Positions 12,024 through 24,108 of a stretch of 64,000 nt of DNA are shown here, piece by piece. This DNA is from Macrostomum lignano (Eukaryota). The position numbers and the translations under genes are program-made. How positions within the stretch are numbered: position 1 is the first letter of the stretch; each line of letters opens with the position of its first letter. The notes under the pieces were generated by a model. That model worked only from the letters and a program-made list of their open reading frames with translations, did no database searches and was not told where the DNA came from. Location: assembly GCA_002269645.1 (NCBI GenBank), contig NIVC01000184.1:1-64000 (forward strand), in the 5' to 3' direction.

Positions 12024-13659
12024 CCACTTAATAGCTGAAAGGAGAGCGCTTTATATAGACGACGTTACATGCCAAAGTATCCAAATTGAGTGTCACTGTC
12101 GAATTTGAACGCAGGTTTTTTAATGTGAATTCTGGTTTAATAAGATAAATATAGAACTTTGAAAGTGAATGGCTGTTTTTTTATAAATTGAAAACAACTT
12201 TGATTGAAACTGAACTGAAAAAGGTGTAGAAAGTCGCATTTATTGCTTTCTGGCGAGTCCAGTTCAGCATAGAAGAAGAGGGTTTGCTTTCCAATCTTGG
12301 CAACTTGGAGCCTTCAAATATGGAGATTTCTCCGGATCTACATGTACTTGACTTGTTGATGCAAACTGCTTCAGCAAAAACAGCAGCCGATTCCAGACAC
12401 TGACAGAAGAAGACGTTTAGCGAGAGATCGATAGGGAGCTGATCCTTTGCATGCCAACAAGAAGAAAGTCAAAATATAAGGCTATAAATCTTTCCAGTAG
12501 CCAGAGACTCGTCAACTGGAGAGAAGGCTGTAGAATCGCACAGCGAGCTTCCAGAGCAGAATGCGAGTCTCTAGTTTTCAATAAAAAATAAGACGCGAAT
12601 TACAGTCAACACTGCAGTTGCTTATTTCTAATTTGACTGACCTAGTTTCTCGACTAGAAATGTTTTTTTTGCTGGTTACATTGCTGATTCGGATTAACTG
12701 AAATGTTTAACTCCATTTAAGCAAGTTTTCTCATGTTTGAACTACGAGTGGTTACTTGATGAATTGCATGTCCTGCTGGCCCGGGTCATATAGTTTAGCC
12801 TGCATAAGTTTGGACCATCAACTAATTGAAATGTGAAGCCATAAAAAATGCTAGCTAGTAGCTCTGACAGTTGGCTATAGTATACACGATCGAAACAGCG
12901 GACAGGCAAGTAGCTGCAGAATTTGCTATTAGCTAGCCGATACTATGTGAATTTAGAAATTATGAATCTACTCGTATGTATGCGTGTATTTGGCTTTCTA
13001 AGTCACTGTATTGCGTGTATATCTAGTGCGGCTATAGCTTATTATAATACTGTCTAGAATGTGGTAAATTATGTAACACGATAGGACATGCAGTGCTGCG
13101 ACCAGACTCGGAGAGGGAGAGAGAGAGAAGGTTGAGGAAAATGGTTAAGACGAATCCACTCTATGCAGCCTTCTGTCTTCCCAAGTTCTTGCTTTGAAGA
13201 AGAGTTTCCTGCAGCTGTCAACAAGTTGCGGTTCTGTTTGGCTCCGGGTGGTTTAGTGCAGGGTTGGCCCACTCGATCTGTTTTGCTGATTGCACATGCT
13301 GCAACCATGCAGCATTGACTATCAGCAATGGGTTAGCTAGTGCTGAAGTCTGATGCATTTGAGGGAGAAAAGCTTTCCAACCAGTCAAGCTAAATTGCCA
13401 TTTTAAAAGTCACTGATCTTGGTTGATAGGTAACTAAACGTTTTCCCCATGCACTGGTGCACGGCTTTGTTGAAATTTTTCCACCTGTGTGATAAGTACA
13501 TGCTTACTAGCAATTGACAATTCGACCATCATTGTGGAATTAGCAGAACGTCGATATGGGGTAATTCTGCCTTTTTAAGGCAGATTAAATAGTTGGAGAC
13601 CAACTTTAGAATGAAAAACTGTCTGCAAGCAACATGAGTTGATGGCTATGCTATTTAGG

Positions 13660-13880
13660 ACTTCTGGTTGTACAATGTGCTTCAGGACTTCTGGTTTCAC
13701 AGTGTGGTTCAAGATTTCTGGTTGCACAGGGGGGGGGGTTCAGGACCTTTGGATGCACAATGGGGTTCAGGACTTCTGGTTGCACAATGGGTTTCAGGAC
13801 TTCTGCTTGCACAATGGGGTTCAGGACTTCTGGTTGCACAAGGGGTTTCAGGACTTCTGGGTGCACAATGGGGTGCAGGG
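13660..13880 (+). repeat. 27-bp minisatellite (gttcaggacttctggttgcacaatggg), about 8 copies
   Basis: Tandem units; 9-aa periodic ORFs. Confidence 0.8.
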
Positions 13881-14879
13881 CTCCATGACTTTTACGCTTT
13901 TATCCTGATCCTAATCCTTGGGATGACATGCTCGTAAAATTTTTACGAGCATATTGCAAATTGTCACGATATGTCCAGGTAATCAGCAGGCATCCCTCTT
14001 AAAGGGATGAGAGGCTGCTCAAAAGACCTCATCAAGAGCACGATTTGGCCAGTCCCTCTCTCCGGACTCCTAATCATCTTATACTTAACGCCAGTTCTCT
14101 CAGTCAGTCAAAGTACGAGTAACTCAAGCACTCAGCACGAAAAGCTTCCGTTGTTAAATCCAAAAGACCAAATTCTTCCAGAACTAATCTCCATTCCAAT
14201 CAGTAATTTCGTAACTTAATTATCTTTATTTTCCCAATAGGCTGGAACGGGTCTGAAAGTCCCATAATTTGCCCGAGAGGGACAAGTCCTCCAATATCAG
14301 TGTTGGCCAAGAGGGAAAAATTGCCACGCAGCTGAGGGGATTCATAATCCATTATTGGGCGCAATCAGGAAGGTTGGCTGGTTCTAATTTTGTCTCCCAG
14401 GAGTCATCCTCGCCAGTCTTGTGTGCGCGCGGGAGGGCGAGCCGCTATTGAAGCTTTTAAAACCTGTTGCTGAGAGAGAGGGGGGCCTTTACGTGAAAAA
14501 AAATACATTGACACTTCAAACTCGTCTTGCCTTTCGCGCTACAGTCCCACTGCTTGTCTGCTGACTGACGCTGAGAAAGATCACGGATGATCTGTGGGGG
14601 GAGAGGCGCTTTCACGAGATCCAACTTTCGCATCGCCTTAAATTTCAGAAGCGAATTTTTTGTTTAATTAATTAAGTAGCTAAGATTTTCATAAACTATG
14701 CCTAAACTGGCGAAGTTTAGGCGTATGCGAGAGGTTGCTTAACTTTAGTGAATGTTATTAAATTTAGGTCTTGTGAAACTTAAGTCTTAAGACTCGTTTA
14801 CACTGCTATTATATGAGGCAAGAGAAATTTTAGTCGCCAATCTTTCTGAGTCATCAATGCTTTCTCATTGCGTAGAGCG

Positions 14880-15290
14880 AACTTATTGTCGCCTAAATTT
14901 ATCGCTGTAGTGTGCTTGAGCCCCCTCCAGGGAAAAATCCGTAGTGAGGAATTCCCTTTTTGCCTCTCCGGTGTCGAAAATGCAGAGCACTTCATCTGTG
15001 AATGCTCCACCTTTACTCAGGACAGGCTCACGTACCTCGGCACAAATTCAGACTTTTCCTGTGTTTTTATGATCGATGAATCTCTGCTAGCTCGTCCGCC
15101 ACCTAAGGGCTAATCGGGCGAGCGATCATCCACCTGCATGGACTCTCCGGAGGGACACGTACTGGCACCACGGCGGATCTCCCTGCCAGGGGTTAGCGGA
15201 ATGGGCGTCAACGCCTTCCCGCCCGCTGTATCCGGATGCCCGGAACCCCCTGCAGCTGAGTCAAGTCAGACCAAGTGCTTGAGCTCCTAA
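14880..15290 (+). mobile_element. LINE 3'-end remnant (ORF2 C-terminal zinc-knuckle region plus 3' UTR), copy 1
   Basis: FPFCLSGVENAEHFICECSTFTQDRLTYLG is the CxxC...E..EH...C...R motif typical of I/LOA/R1-group LINEs. The 3' part is shared with 23510-23880. Confidence 0.7.
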
Positions 15291-15956
15291 GGGAATCGAA
15301 GCCGCAATATGCGGGTTCACCGTGATTCTGGATTTATCCAAGAACCCATGAAATGGTCTGGCAGATACTGCGAACTTCAAGAACGAATATCCATTATCAA
15401 AATAGGCCAGAGCTAGCTTGCTTTCCTATTGAATTATTTATTAAAACCAACTTTGGCAACTGAATTTCATATTTCAAATTGCTAACTGTAGTTCTGTATA
15501 TATTTCGGCCGGTTCACACTAATTTTATATTGCTCAAATCAATTTAAGATGGGTCTGAAACAACTGTACATTTATTTGAGCAATCTTTGACCCACGGAAC
15601 TACATTTACTAGCGTTAATGTGAACCGGCCTTATGCTGCCAAGCGCTCTCGAATCTCATCTTTGAATTTTTTAGAGACAGGGGCCGCGAGCACCCTGGCG
15701 CACTTTAAGCGAACTTGTCACACAACTGGTGAGAGGCATAAAACTGCCCATTCCTCCGAATCCCCTGAGCCGACACACAAGCGCGCGGATACGTACATGT
15801 ACGCAGTCATACACACAGGCACACACTCACACAGAATATACACACTTTATTTTTATCGTTAGGCATGTACACTTCACAGCGCCTTGGGGGTTGGCCCTCA
15901 AGCCCGTAAATTGCACGAGCAGAGCCAAGCCTTGATTCCAATTTAGCCGAAAATAA

Positions 15957-16031
15957 TGCGACTGCACTTGGAATCGAGCCTGGGCCGCTGGCACATCAGA
16001 TCGCCGCGCCAGACCACTGGACTACGGCCGC
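15957..16031 (-). pseudogene. tRNA-like sequence (degenerate tRNA or SINE head)
   Basis: 75 nt; 6/7 acceptor-stem pairs (GCGGCCG/CAGTCGC+A); A box TAGTCCAGTGG and B box GGCTCGATTCC; followed by TTATTTT. D, anticodon and T stems are broken. Confidence 0.5.
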
Positions 16032-17547
16032 CGCATCTCTTTAATCAGCGAGTGCTTCTATTTTCAAAGAATTGTTATGCACCTGACGTACTCTAAAAGT
16101 CTCTGGTATAAGCTGCATGCTAGCTCTTATAGTTCACTTGTTGAATCTAGCATTCTCCGTAGCTCCCTTGTCACTTACTTATTTCCCTTCTCCCTCCGCA
16201 GCACACCGGACGAGGACCTGTCCTGGATGTCGTGTTTGGTCTGAAAACAACCGGAGAGAAAGCAGGCTGAGAACCCACTAGAGAGCAGGGGAGGAGGACA
16301 ACTGGATGAGAAATGGACGCCCGCACTCCAAATTCAGGGTTTGGTTTGGTACGGCGGGAGGAGCTCGCTGGCCACTTAATGATTGGGGTTGCTGACTTTG
16401 GAAGATGAAGGACGAGAGAGTCGGATTTTTACGTATAGCTGAGTGTATATTTGAGCTGCAATAGTTGTAGGCCCCACTAAAATCCCTTCTAAAGCGCAGC
16501 CTTTAGTTGCTAAGCAAACTGGTTGGTTAGCTTGTCCCAAACTTCTGCAAACGGCTGTCAATGGGTGAGGCATTCCGTTAGTGTTACCTGAACAGCGGCT
16601 CTCATGGGTCATAATGAAATCTGATGCTGCACTGACTGATTCGTCTAATAAAAGTGCTTCAGCTTTCTGCTTTTCTTTGCGCAGTTTTTTGTCGAAAATC
16701 ACTTCATTACCCAGACTCTACAGACGTACATGAAATAGCGTCAATCGACATAAAAAGAGATGCGACGTCTTTTTGAGCGATGCAATTGCAATAATTTTCT
16801 ATGCAAACAGAATATTGTGTCCCTGATTCGGAACTAAGTTAATATAAACGAGCGCTGCTAAATGACTTTCTCTAAAATTGGTGGTAGAAAAAAGCCAACG
16901 CTACGTCACAAAGCTGATCTCGTCATACATGTAGTTTCTGTCCGCCAGTTGCCATGCGGAAGAGTTTTTTTCCTGGCAGATCATTCCCATCAGCCATTGA
17001 ACATTTCCAGACCTTTCGCCGCAGTCATTATTAGAAATTTCAGCATCCGGCAGAACAGATCAGAACAGTTCGTGGCCGGCACCACCCTATAAAACCAACC
17101 GATTAAGGCCGAAAATCGCACTGTTTTATGCTTACGATCGTATAATAATTTTCTATTCCGTTAAACACAGCGACTATAGATTTCGTTTGTTGTTAAAAAA
17201 ACCGTCGCGGGAAGTAGGCTAAAAAACTATCGTCTGTAGATCGAACCATAAGAGAACATAAGAGCGATACAAATGTGGTACTCATGATACCTTTACATAT
17301 CCAACTATAGCTTGAATTGAACAACATCAAAACTATAGATTTACTGCTTATAGAATGTTTGTTGCTATTCAAATATTGTGCAGTTTGAATACAGAACACG
17401 ACATTACGGAGTTTGCTGGGATTTACGGGTCTGTGGAGTGCATAGTTCTGATAGTGGATAGATATTGCGGTGCATTATCGATTGGTATTATATAGATATA
17501 CTGTTGCTCCGTTTCAGTGTTCGACGTCATCGTCATGCCAGCTCGAA

Positions 17548-18861
17548 TCAAGCAGTTGTAGTGACGATGTCCGCGGCTGCAGCCGGCGTGTTGACGCTGC
17601 GCAGAGCCACCGTCTCGTCCTGTTGCCGTGTTGGCTGGCGACCGCACTGGCGACCGCACAGTTCCGTGACTCGATCCAGCTTGACTAGGCGCGATAGATC
17701 CTGGCGAAACTTGCGATTCGAGATGCTGTAGATGAATATATTGATGAAGCTGTCAAATAGTGTGGCAAACTTCGACATGTGGACGATGATGGCGTCGATA
17801 TTTCTGTCGGGTATGCGGTCCTCGAGGATTTTGCTGACAAACAAAGGAAATTCCAGGACGAGAAAGGTGACGCACAGTACGATCACAAGCAGATTGCCTC
17901 TTGAGGCCTGCTGCTCCGCTGCAGACTGCTGCTGCTGGCCCCCGTGACTCGCCGATATTGTTGCCGGGTTTGCTTTCTGCTTCTTCAAAGCTTGCTTTAG
18001 CCGCCTGTGCCTGCGCAGGCCAAGCATGATGCAGCAGCTGAAGATGCAGACAGTCAGGATGGGCCCGCCAGTCTGGAACACCAGCAGAGTGGCGATCTGG
18101 TAGGCAACTTTAAACCCGCTGTAGTGCTGCCTGCGAAGTCGGAACTCCAGCGAGTCGAGCGAATAGATCGCAGCGTTGCGATCGCAGGCGACGCAGCTGA
18201 AGTGGATGACCCGCGGCAGGGAGATCAGGAAAGAAGCGGCCACAACTGCCACAATGATGGCGTGGACCCTAGCCACACTAGTGAAGACCTTCACTGGGTT
18301 CATAGCTCGGCACACCGCCTCGTAGCGAAACGTCGAGATGACCACGATAATCCAGTTGCGAGCAATATGGAAGCAAGTCTGCAACACAATCAACAGGTTG
18401 ATGGCCAGACAAAAGAAGATGCTTGGTCCCAAGCCGGGGAATGAGATGGCCGAGCTAAACAGGCAATACTCAGTGATGTGGTACATCAGGAAGAAAAAAT
18501 GAAATAATATCTCAATTAGTGACAGCGACTTCAGCAACAGAACCACAATGCGCTGCGTTAGAGCCGCTCCACGCTCCTGCTTCCTGAAAATAATAAACGA
18601 AAGCGTGTTGTTGACTATGTTCAGTGCGTTAACGATGCAGAACAATGTCGAATAGGGACGGATGCTGTTGGCGAAATAACAGTTCCGCTGCTGAATCTCG
18701 GAGCAGAAATCCTTGGTGCCAAGGCAGAGCAGCGGGTTGAGCCAGCCGGGCCAGAAAAGCCAGCTGTGCCGGCTCTGCAGTGAGGACTGGTTGCCCGAGC
18801 AATAAGCGGCGCTTGAGTTGCCAGGTGGTCCCTGGCTGATATTCAGAACTGGGCACGCCAT
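17548..18861 (-). CDS. Class A (rhodopsin-like) orphan GPCR, 437 aa, uninterrupted ORF; PROF1/Rho-L-like
   Basis: Seven hydrophobic segments and N-terminal N-x-S sites. TM3 RNWIIVVISTFRY, TM4 SLPR, TM5 GGP, TM6 LVIVLCVTFLVLEFP, TM7 DSFINIFIYSISNRKFR. Confidence 0.92.
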   Translation of the reverse strand: MACPVLNISQGPPGNSSAAYCSGNQSSLQSRHSWLFWPGWLNPLLCLGTKDFCSEIQQRNCYFANSIRPYSTLFCIVNALNIVNNTLSFIIFRKQERGAALTQRIVVLLLKSLSLIEILFHFFFLMYHITEYCLFSSAISFPGLGPSIFFCLAINLLIVLQTCFHIARNWIIVVISTFRYEAVCRAMNPVKVFTSVARVHAIIVAVVAASFLISLPRVIHFSCVACDRNAAIYSLDSLEFRLRRQHYSGFKVAYQIATLLVFQTGGPILTVCIFSCCIMLGLRRHRRLKQALKKQKANPATISASHGGQQQQSAAEQQASRGNLLVIVLCVTFLVLEFPLFVSKILEDRIPDRNIDAIIVHMSKFATLFDSFINIFIYSISNRKFRQDLSRLVKLDRVTELCGRQCGRQPTRQQDETVALRSVNTPAAAADIVTTTA

Positions 18862-20895
18862 GCAGCTGTTTTTGTCACTTGGTCATTGATGAAGATTCGA
18901 ACCGGTCACTTGTCAAGCACTGGGCTGTAGCAGATATCCAACTTTTTATAGACATCTCCGCTCCGTTTCCCTCTGGCCAATTTATCACACGCAATCGATG
19001 CTTTGGCTCAACGTCCGCGCCCGTCAATAGGATTGAGCGGAATGAGCCCGTTCAGCCAATGGCGATTGACGGCCTAGCCCTAAGCTCCAATTGCCTGCGC
19101 TTTGCTAGTTTCGAAGCCATATGTAGCTCGAAGATAGGTTAATTTTTACTACTACTACTAATAGTAGTGTTTGGCGCGATATAAACTATTATTAACCCTG
19201 ATCAAAATATTTAATTGCAACTACGACAAATATCTACGTTATCTACGACAAATACAATTTTTTATGAGTACATTCCTACATTGAATACATCAATGGCATT
19301 GATACATCAGAGTGCAGCAGGCGGAGACCTGAAAGTAGAGCATGAATAACTCGCTCAGACTCAATTTTGAAGCTTTAATTAATTTTGCCATTTTTATCGT
19401 CGCTTTTTGCAAAAATTTAGAAAAGGAGGATTTTAAATTTATTTTAATTGGATAGCATTATTCAATACATTTAAATTCTAGCATTCGATTGATTTTTAGA
19501 CATAATTGCAAATGCACCCCCTCTGCGTTGCCTACCTCTCGAGCCATATTCATTTTAGTGGACTATTCTTGTTAAATCTGAGAAGTAGCATCTGCAGTGT
19601 TAGAAATTGCCAGGTGCAGATAAATAAGCTCTGCGCTAATGAATAATAGATTATTTCGCCGATTCAGATTTAAAGTACTTTTAAATCTTGTGTGTGCGAG
19701 GCAATTAGGTGCTTGGGACTGGTGCATGATTTATTACTTGTTATTATTAGCTTTATTAGTTCACTAAATGTAATCTCAGCAGCTATAGCTTCATCCAATC
19801 AGCACCCGATTCTCCGAACCAAGCCGCACAGCTTATCCGTCTATGTGCTTTAACGAGTGAGGCTTTAAAAATCTAAATATCGAAGATTAATTTATGCCAT
19901 TTACATCATCATAAAACTGCACTTTTGGTCTTCCGAAAAAACCGACGAGCTATAATTGCTTCGAAGAATATTTTTCTGCATACTGGGAAATTTGTCTATC
20001 CGCCGATATTTGGTGGCTATAAATAAGGTTGTGCTCAAATCCGTGGTGTATTTTATTTTTTGTTTTAATTACGATAAGTGAGAAACAAATTGAATAATTT
20101 TTAGCGTTCAAAGATAAATTCATTTTTTTCAATTAATAGGCCAAGTATTATAATTATTTAATTACTTTGTTAATCTGCTTTCTACATACATTATGTGTGT
20201 ACTGTTTTACTGTCTAGTAGCCATAGTTTACAGTTTTGTTCCAGGAAAACATCCTTCATACGCTCGTAAAGTCTACCATTCTTATTGGCTGCATATATGA
20301 ACATAAAATAATGCTAATAGGACTAACTAGATGGATTTAACTAATGTTTAGCTCGTATAATGCCTTTTTATTTCATTGATGCACCCCATATATTTCTATA
20401 TACTGCTATAGATCCGATTTTTTCCGTAAAAAACCGAGCATCGTAGCTAGATTTGCTCAAAAGGTCCACTTTAATTTCCTACTTTTTCATGTTTCTTCAC
20501 ACCAAAATTTGCCAAAAGAAGAAAAACCACGATTTTTAAAACCTGTATGTCTGTCGACCGATTCTTAATAATCATTCACCTTTAAAAATCGAGTTTTATA
20601 TGTATTCTTTCTGTTTCACAATTATATACCTGGAGTCGCTGCAATTTGTTACTTTATCGCAGTTTTGCCTTTACAGTTCAATTTAAACTCATAGAAAAAT
20701 TTGACAAATTTATTGCAATGTCATTTTGGAAAGATTGTATTTTTTCAGGATATCGACCGCGCATTATATTTTATTAATTTTAAGACGGCTAAAAAGTACA
20801 TGTAGCGATCCCACTACTATATCTCATCGCATATGGACTCAGCTATATCTCAGATAGTATACTATAACTTATAAGACAGAAGCTTATAAGACGAA

Positions 20896-21137
20896 GATAT
20901 ATTTCGTAAATAAAGGTAAATATCAACATGAAGTATTATTTGAGTTGCCGATGCATTTCGTCCATTTGCATTAGGACATCGTCATAATGCATGCCTGACA
21001 TGCCTGACATGCCTGACGATGTCCTAATGCAAATGGACGAAATGCATCGGCAACTCAAATAATACTTCATGTTGATATTTACCTTTATTTATCTACTCTT
21101 CATCAAGCGAGCCACTTTACCTGATATATTTCGTAAA
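20896..21137. mobile_element. PLE-derived inverted pLTR-like insertion: perfect 78-bp inverted arms bounded by a 15-bp direct repeat
   Basis: 20907-20984 is the exact reverse complement of 21014-21091. The loop holds atgcctgac x3 (20991-21017). gatatatttcgtaaa occurs at 20896-20910 and 21123-21137. Confidence 0.75.
21009..21052 (+). ncRNA. Minimal type I hammerhead ribozyme motif (PLE-type)
   Basis: CTGACGA (21013-19), T, stem II GTCC/taatgcaaat/GGAC, GAAA, palindromic stem III TGCA, TC cleavage site, then GGC. Stem I is imperfect. Confidence 0.75.
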
Positions 21138-23509
21138 ATACTGCCTATCTTAACGAAGACAGCTAGCTGCGGCTACATATTCGATGAGTTATATATGTAA
21201 TATCCTTTCAGAACATGCGATGCGACCTGCAATGGGCTGCTTAAGGAGGTGCAATTTTGTCCCTCTTGGACTCGTCGACGGGCATTAAATTATTCATACA
21301 GGCCCTGTGTATTAACCCGCTTCTTCGACGGTACGATCTGCGGGTACTCACTTCATATAGCTATAATTCGTGATTTTACGTCACAGGAAACGTGTAATTC
21401 GCAGGAGCGCATTTGATGCTGCCCCAAATCGATGCGTCGGTCGAACCGCAGCAAGCAATGCGTGGAAAAGTAAATAGTTCTATAGCACATCATGAATGAG
21501 TACGAATTGGTATACATGCTCACACATGGTGTTCAGTAGCTCCGACTTGCTCATCGTTAGGCAAGTCGGTACATGCACGCACTGGTGTACCGTTAGCATA
21601 CCGATATAACAAACCTAAATTTTAAATTATCTCGGACACGAATCGTGCATGACTAAATTCCAGACCAGGCCCATATGAATTTAGTCACACTGTCAAAAGA
21701 GACAGACACATATGGAGCGTACATTGCAAATAATGATCACTGGAAGCCGCGGATTTTATAGCTGCGAAATGAACTAATCGTTTTTCTATTCTGCTCGGCG
21801 GTTCGTCGACTGCCTGCTGGCTGACGCCAGCGATATCCGTATTCGGTCGTCGGCGTGGCCAATTCGTTCGCAACCTGGCCTAGACGCTTGCCTTCGAAGT
21901 ACTCTGACAGTATTTCCGTAGATAAACTGGTGAACCAACTGGTATCTGCATGGCTGACTAGAGGCTTGACACCTGAGCGTCGTTCTTGTGCCGAACGGCT
22001 TCAAATAGATTAACAATTTTACAAATTTCATGACGAGACGAACAGCTGGCGAGATCAAACACGAATACGTCTGCTTTTAATTGATTATACAAGGTCTGTA
22101 AATCATGATGGTTATAAGTTGCATAAACTGTTTTGAGGGAGCTTTGCCCCGACCTGTAACGAGAATCCGCCATCTACCTCCCGATAGTATATGCACCGTA
22201 GTGGCCGTCTCTGAGGCCACTTTTTTGTTTCATAATTAATGCATTTCTCTCAACCGAATGTCAGATACATGTAGATGTCTCAGACGGGAAGTGTCGAAGC
22301 GTGTGCTCAGTACAAGCCGGACTGTCTGCCTGTCCCGCCCAGACTAGTGCTTTTATATAGCCTCGATATATTTTGAGCGAAATGCTTCACCGTGTGCATG
22401 CGGTATAGTGAACTCTATAATGGAGAATGTAGCAGACATATAAATATCGAAAAAAGACTGGAGTTAAGGGTTATGTATAGCTTGAGCCATGTGAACGTCA
22501 AATTTTGTTACATCATGAAAAGTACTAAACGATGAACAGATGACACCAATTTAAAGTGCTCCGTCCCTCGATGACGTCATAGTCTTTGTTCAGCCTTAAG
22601 AAATTCTTTCTTTTGTCAACCTTGGCTAGACACCGACAGTGGGACACGAGCGACCTAGGTTTTAGATACTAGTCTTTATTGTTGATTGATGCATTCATTT
22701 CTGTATTTTGTACCGAGTGGAGCAATGCTAGCACATAAAAGTTCCTTTAATTTGTCAGAATATTCCAGAGATGCAACGAAACTTTGTTGTCATGGTGATT
22801 TTTCATTACAAAATAAAGAGCAGTAAACCAAATCAAACACAATATTTTATTTAGTGCATAGTTTTGTAGACTTATATTTTGGCAATAAATCGTATGAGTC
22901 TTCAGGGCAAATAGTGCAATTACAGTTACGACCTGCTCTAAGCACCAGTGCTCAGAGCAGTTATCATGCAGACTCTTTATGGCTTTCATTTGCAGGTCTA
23001 AAGGGTCCTAAAGGGATGACGCGGCTAAGGGACCATACCAGCTATACAGCTCGACTGAGCAGGACACTGCCCGGCAGGAAAATAAATTCATTTTTATTGC
23101 ATCGAAGTGAATTCTATAGCTATTTGTCAGGCTAGTTCACCCCAGTTGAATACAGCTCCTAAGTGGCATATAAAAGCAGGAGTTATATATTTACCCTCTA
23201 AAATCTGAATAATTTATGACTTCAGTGAAGGCGAATGGACCAGCCGTAGAAAATTCGAATTAATTAAAAAGCTACCGTCAGGGGGGATCAAATAGGTTCA
23301 GTATATCATCGTACGACGAAAATGAGAGACAAAGACAATTCATTCAATTTTCTAATTGACGATAGATTTCTGGATTTAATTAGTTAAAGATGGATTGCCA
23401 GCAATTAAAATCAATATTTCGTTATGTTTGATTTCTATACATGTAGTCAGCAGTAAGTCTATTCTAGGGGGGGGGGGCATCAAGGCTCTGACCGTGGCCC
23501 TCTCGGGTC

Positions 23510-23880
23510 ATGACTGTTTTGCCAGGCACCGTCACCTAATCCGCAACGAGGAACCGTCTGTCCTCTCCGGCCTCTCCGGTGTCGAGAATGCTCACTACAC
23601 AACAGGCTCACTTACCTTGGCCCAAACCGTACCTCTCCGACGTTTTCAGGTCTGAAAATCTCTGTCAGCTCGTCCGCTACCTATAAGGCCTACAGGGAAA
23701 GCGACCATCTACCTCCTGGACTCTCCGACCGTGCTGCGAACATCGGCACCACCGGATCTCCCTGCGCGACAGCGAAATACCAGCTGCCCGCGGTCGCCAG
23801 CTGGGTTTAGCGGAATGGGCAGCAACGCCTCCTCGCTGCATCAGGATGCCCCCTGCAGCTGAGTCAAGTAAATCAAGGGA
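23510..23880 (+). mobile_element. LINE 3'-end remnant, copy 2 (more degenerate)
   Basis: Shares ctctccggtgtcgaRaatgc, acaggctcac, ggatctccctgc, ttagcggaatgggc and ccccctgcagctgagtcaagt with 14880-15290. Confidence 0.7.
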
Positions 23881-24108
23881 ATAGCTTGCAGAATACGCAA
23901 ATGAAAAGTATCTCAGCCGACATACCCTCGTATCGCATGGTAACAACACGACGTATACTTGTAATCACACGGCTTGGAAAGTATAGACAATTTGGGAAAG
24001 TTAAAAATTTGAATCAAGTTCGGAATTGATTTTTAGTTGTTTTTTGCTAGTTCAATAAAGTTAAAGAATCTTCTCTTTTCTTTTGGTTTCATTCGTCTTT
24101 TTGAACAT

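Noticed and set aside
12240-12600. Possible further RTE RT fragment on the minus strand (LESAA...INKS)
   Set aside because: Similarity is too weak and interrupted to call without a search.
22201-22226. gtggcc-gtctctga-ggccac hairpin followed by T6, like a rho-independent terminator
   Set aside because: Eukaryotic context; at most a transposon subterminal hairpin.
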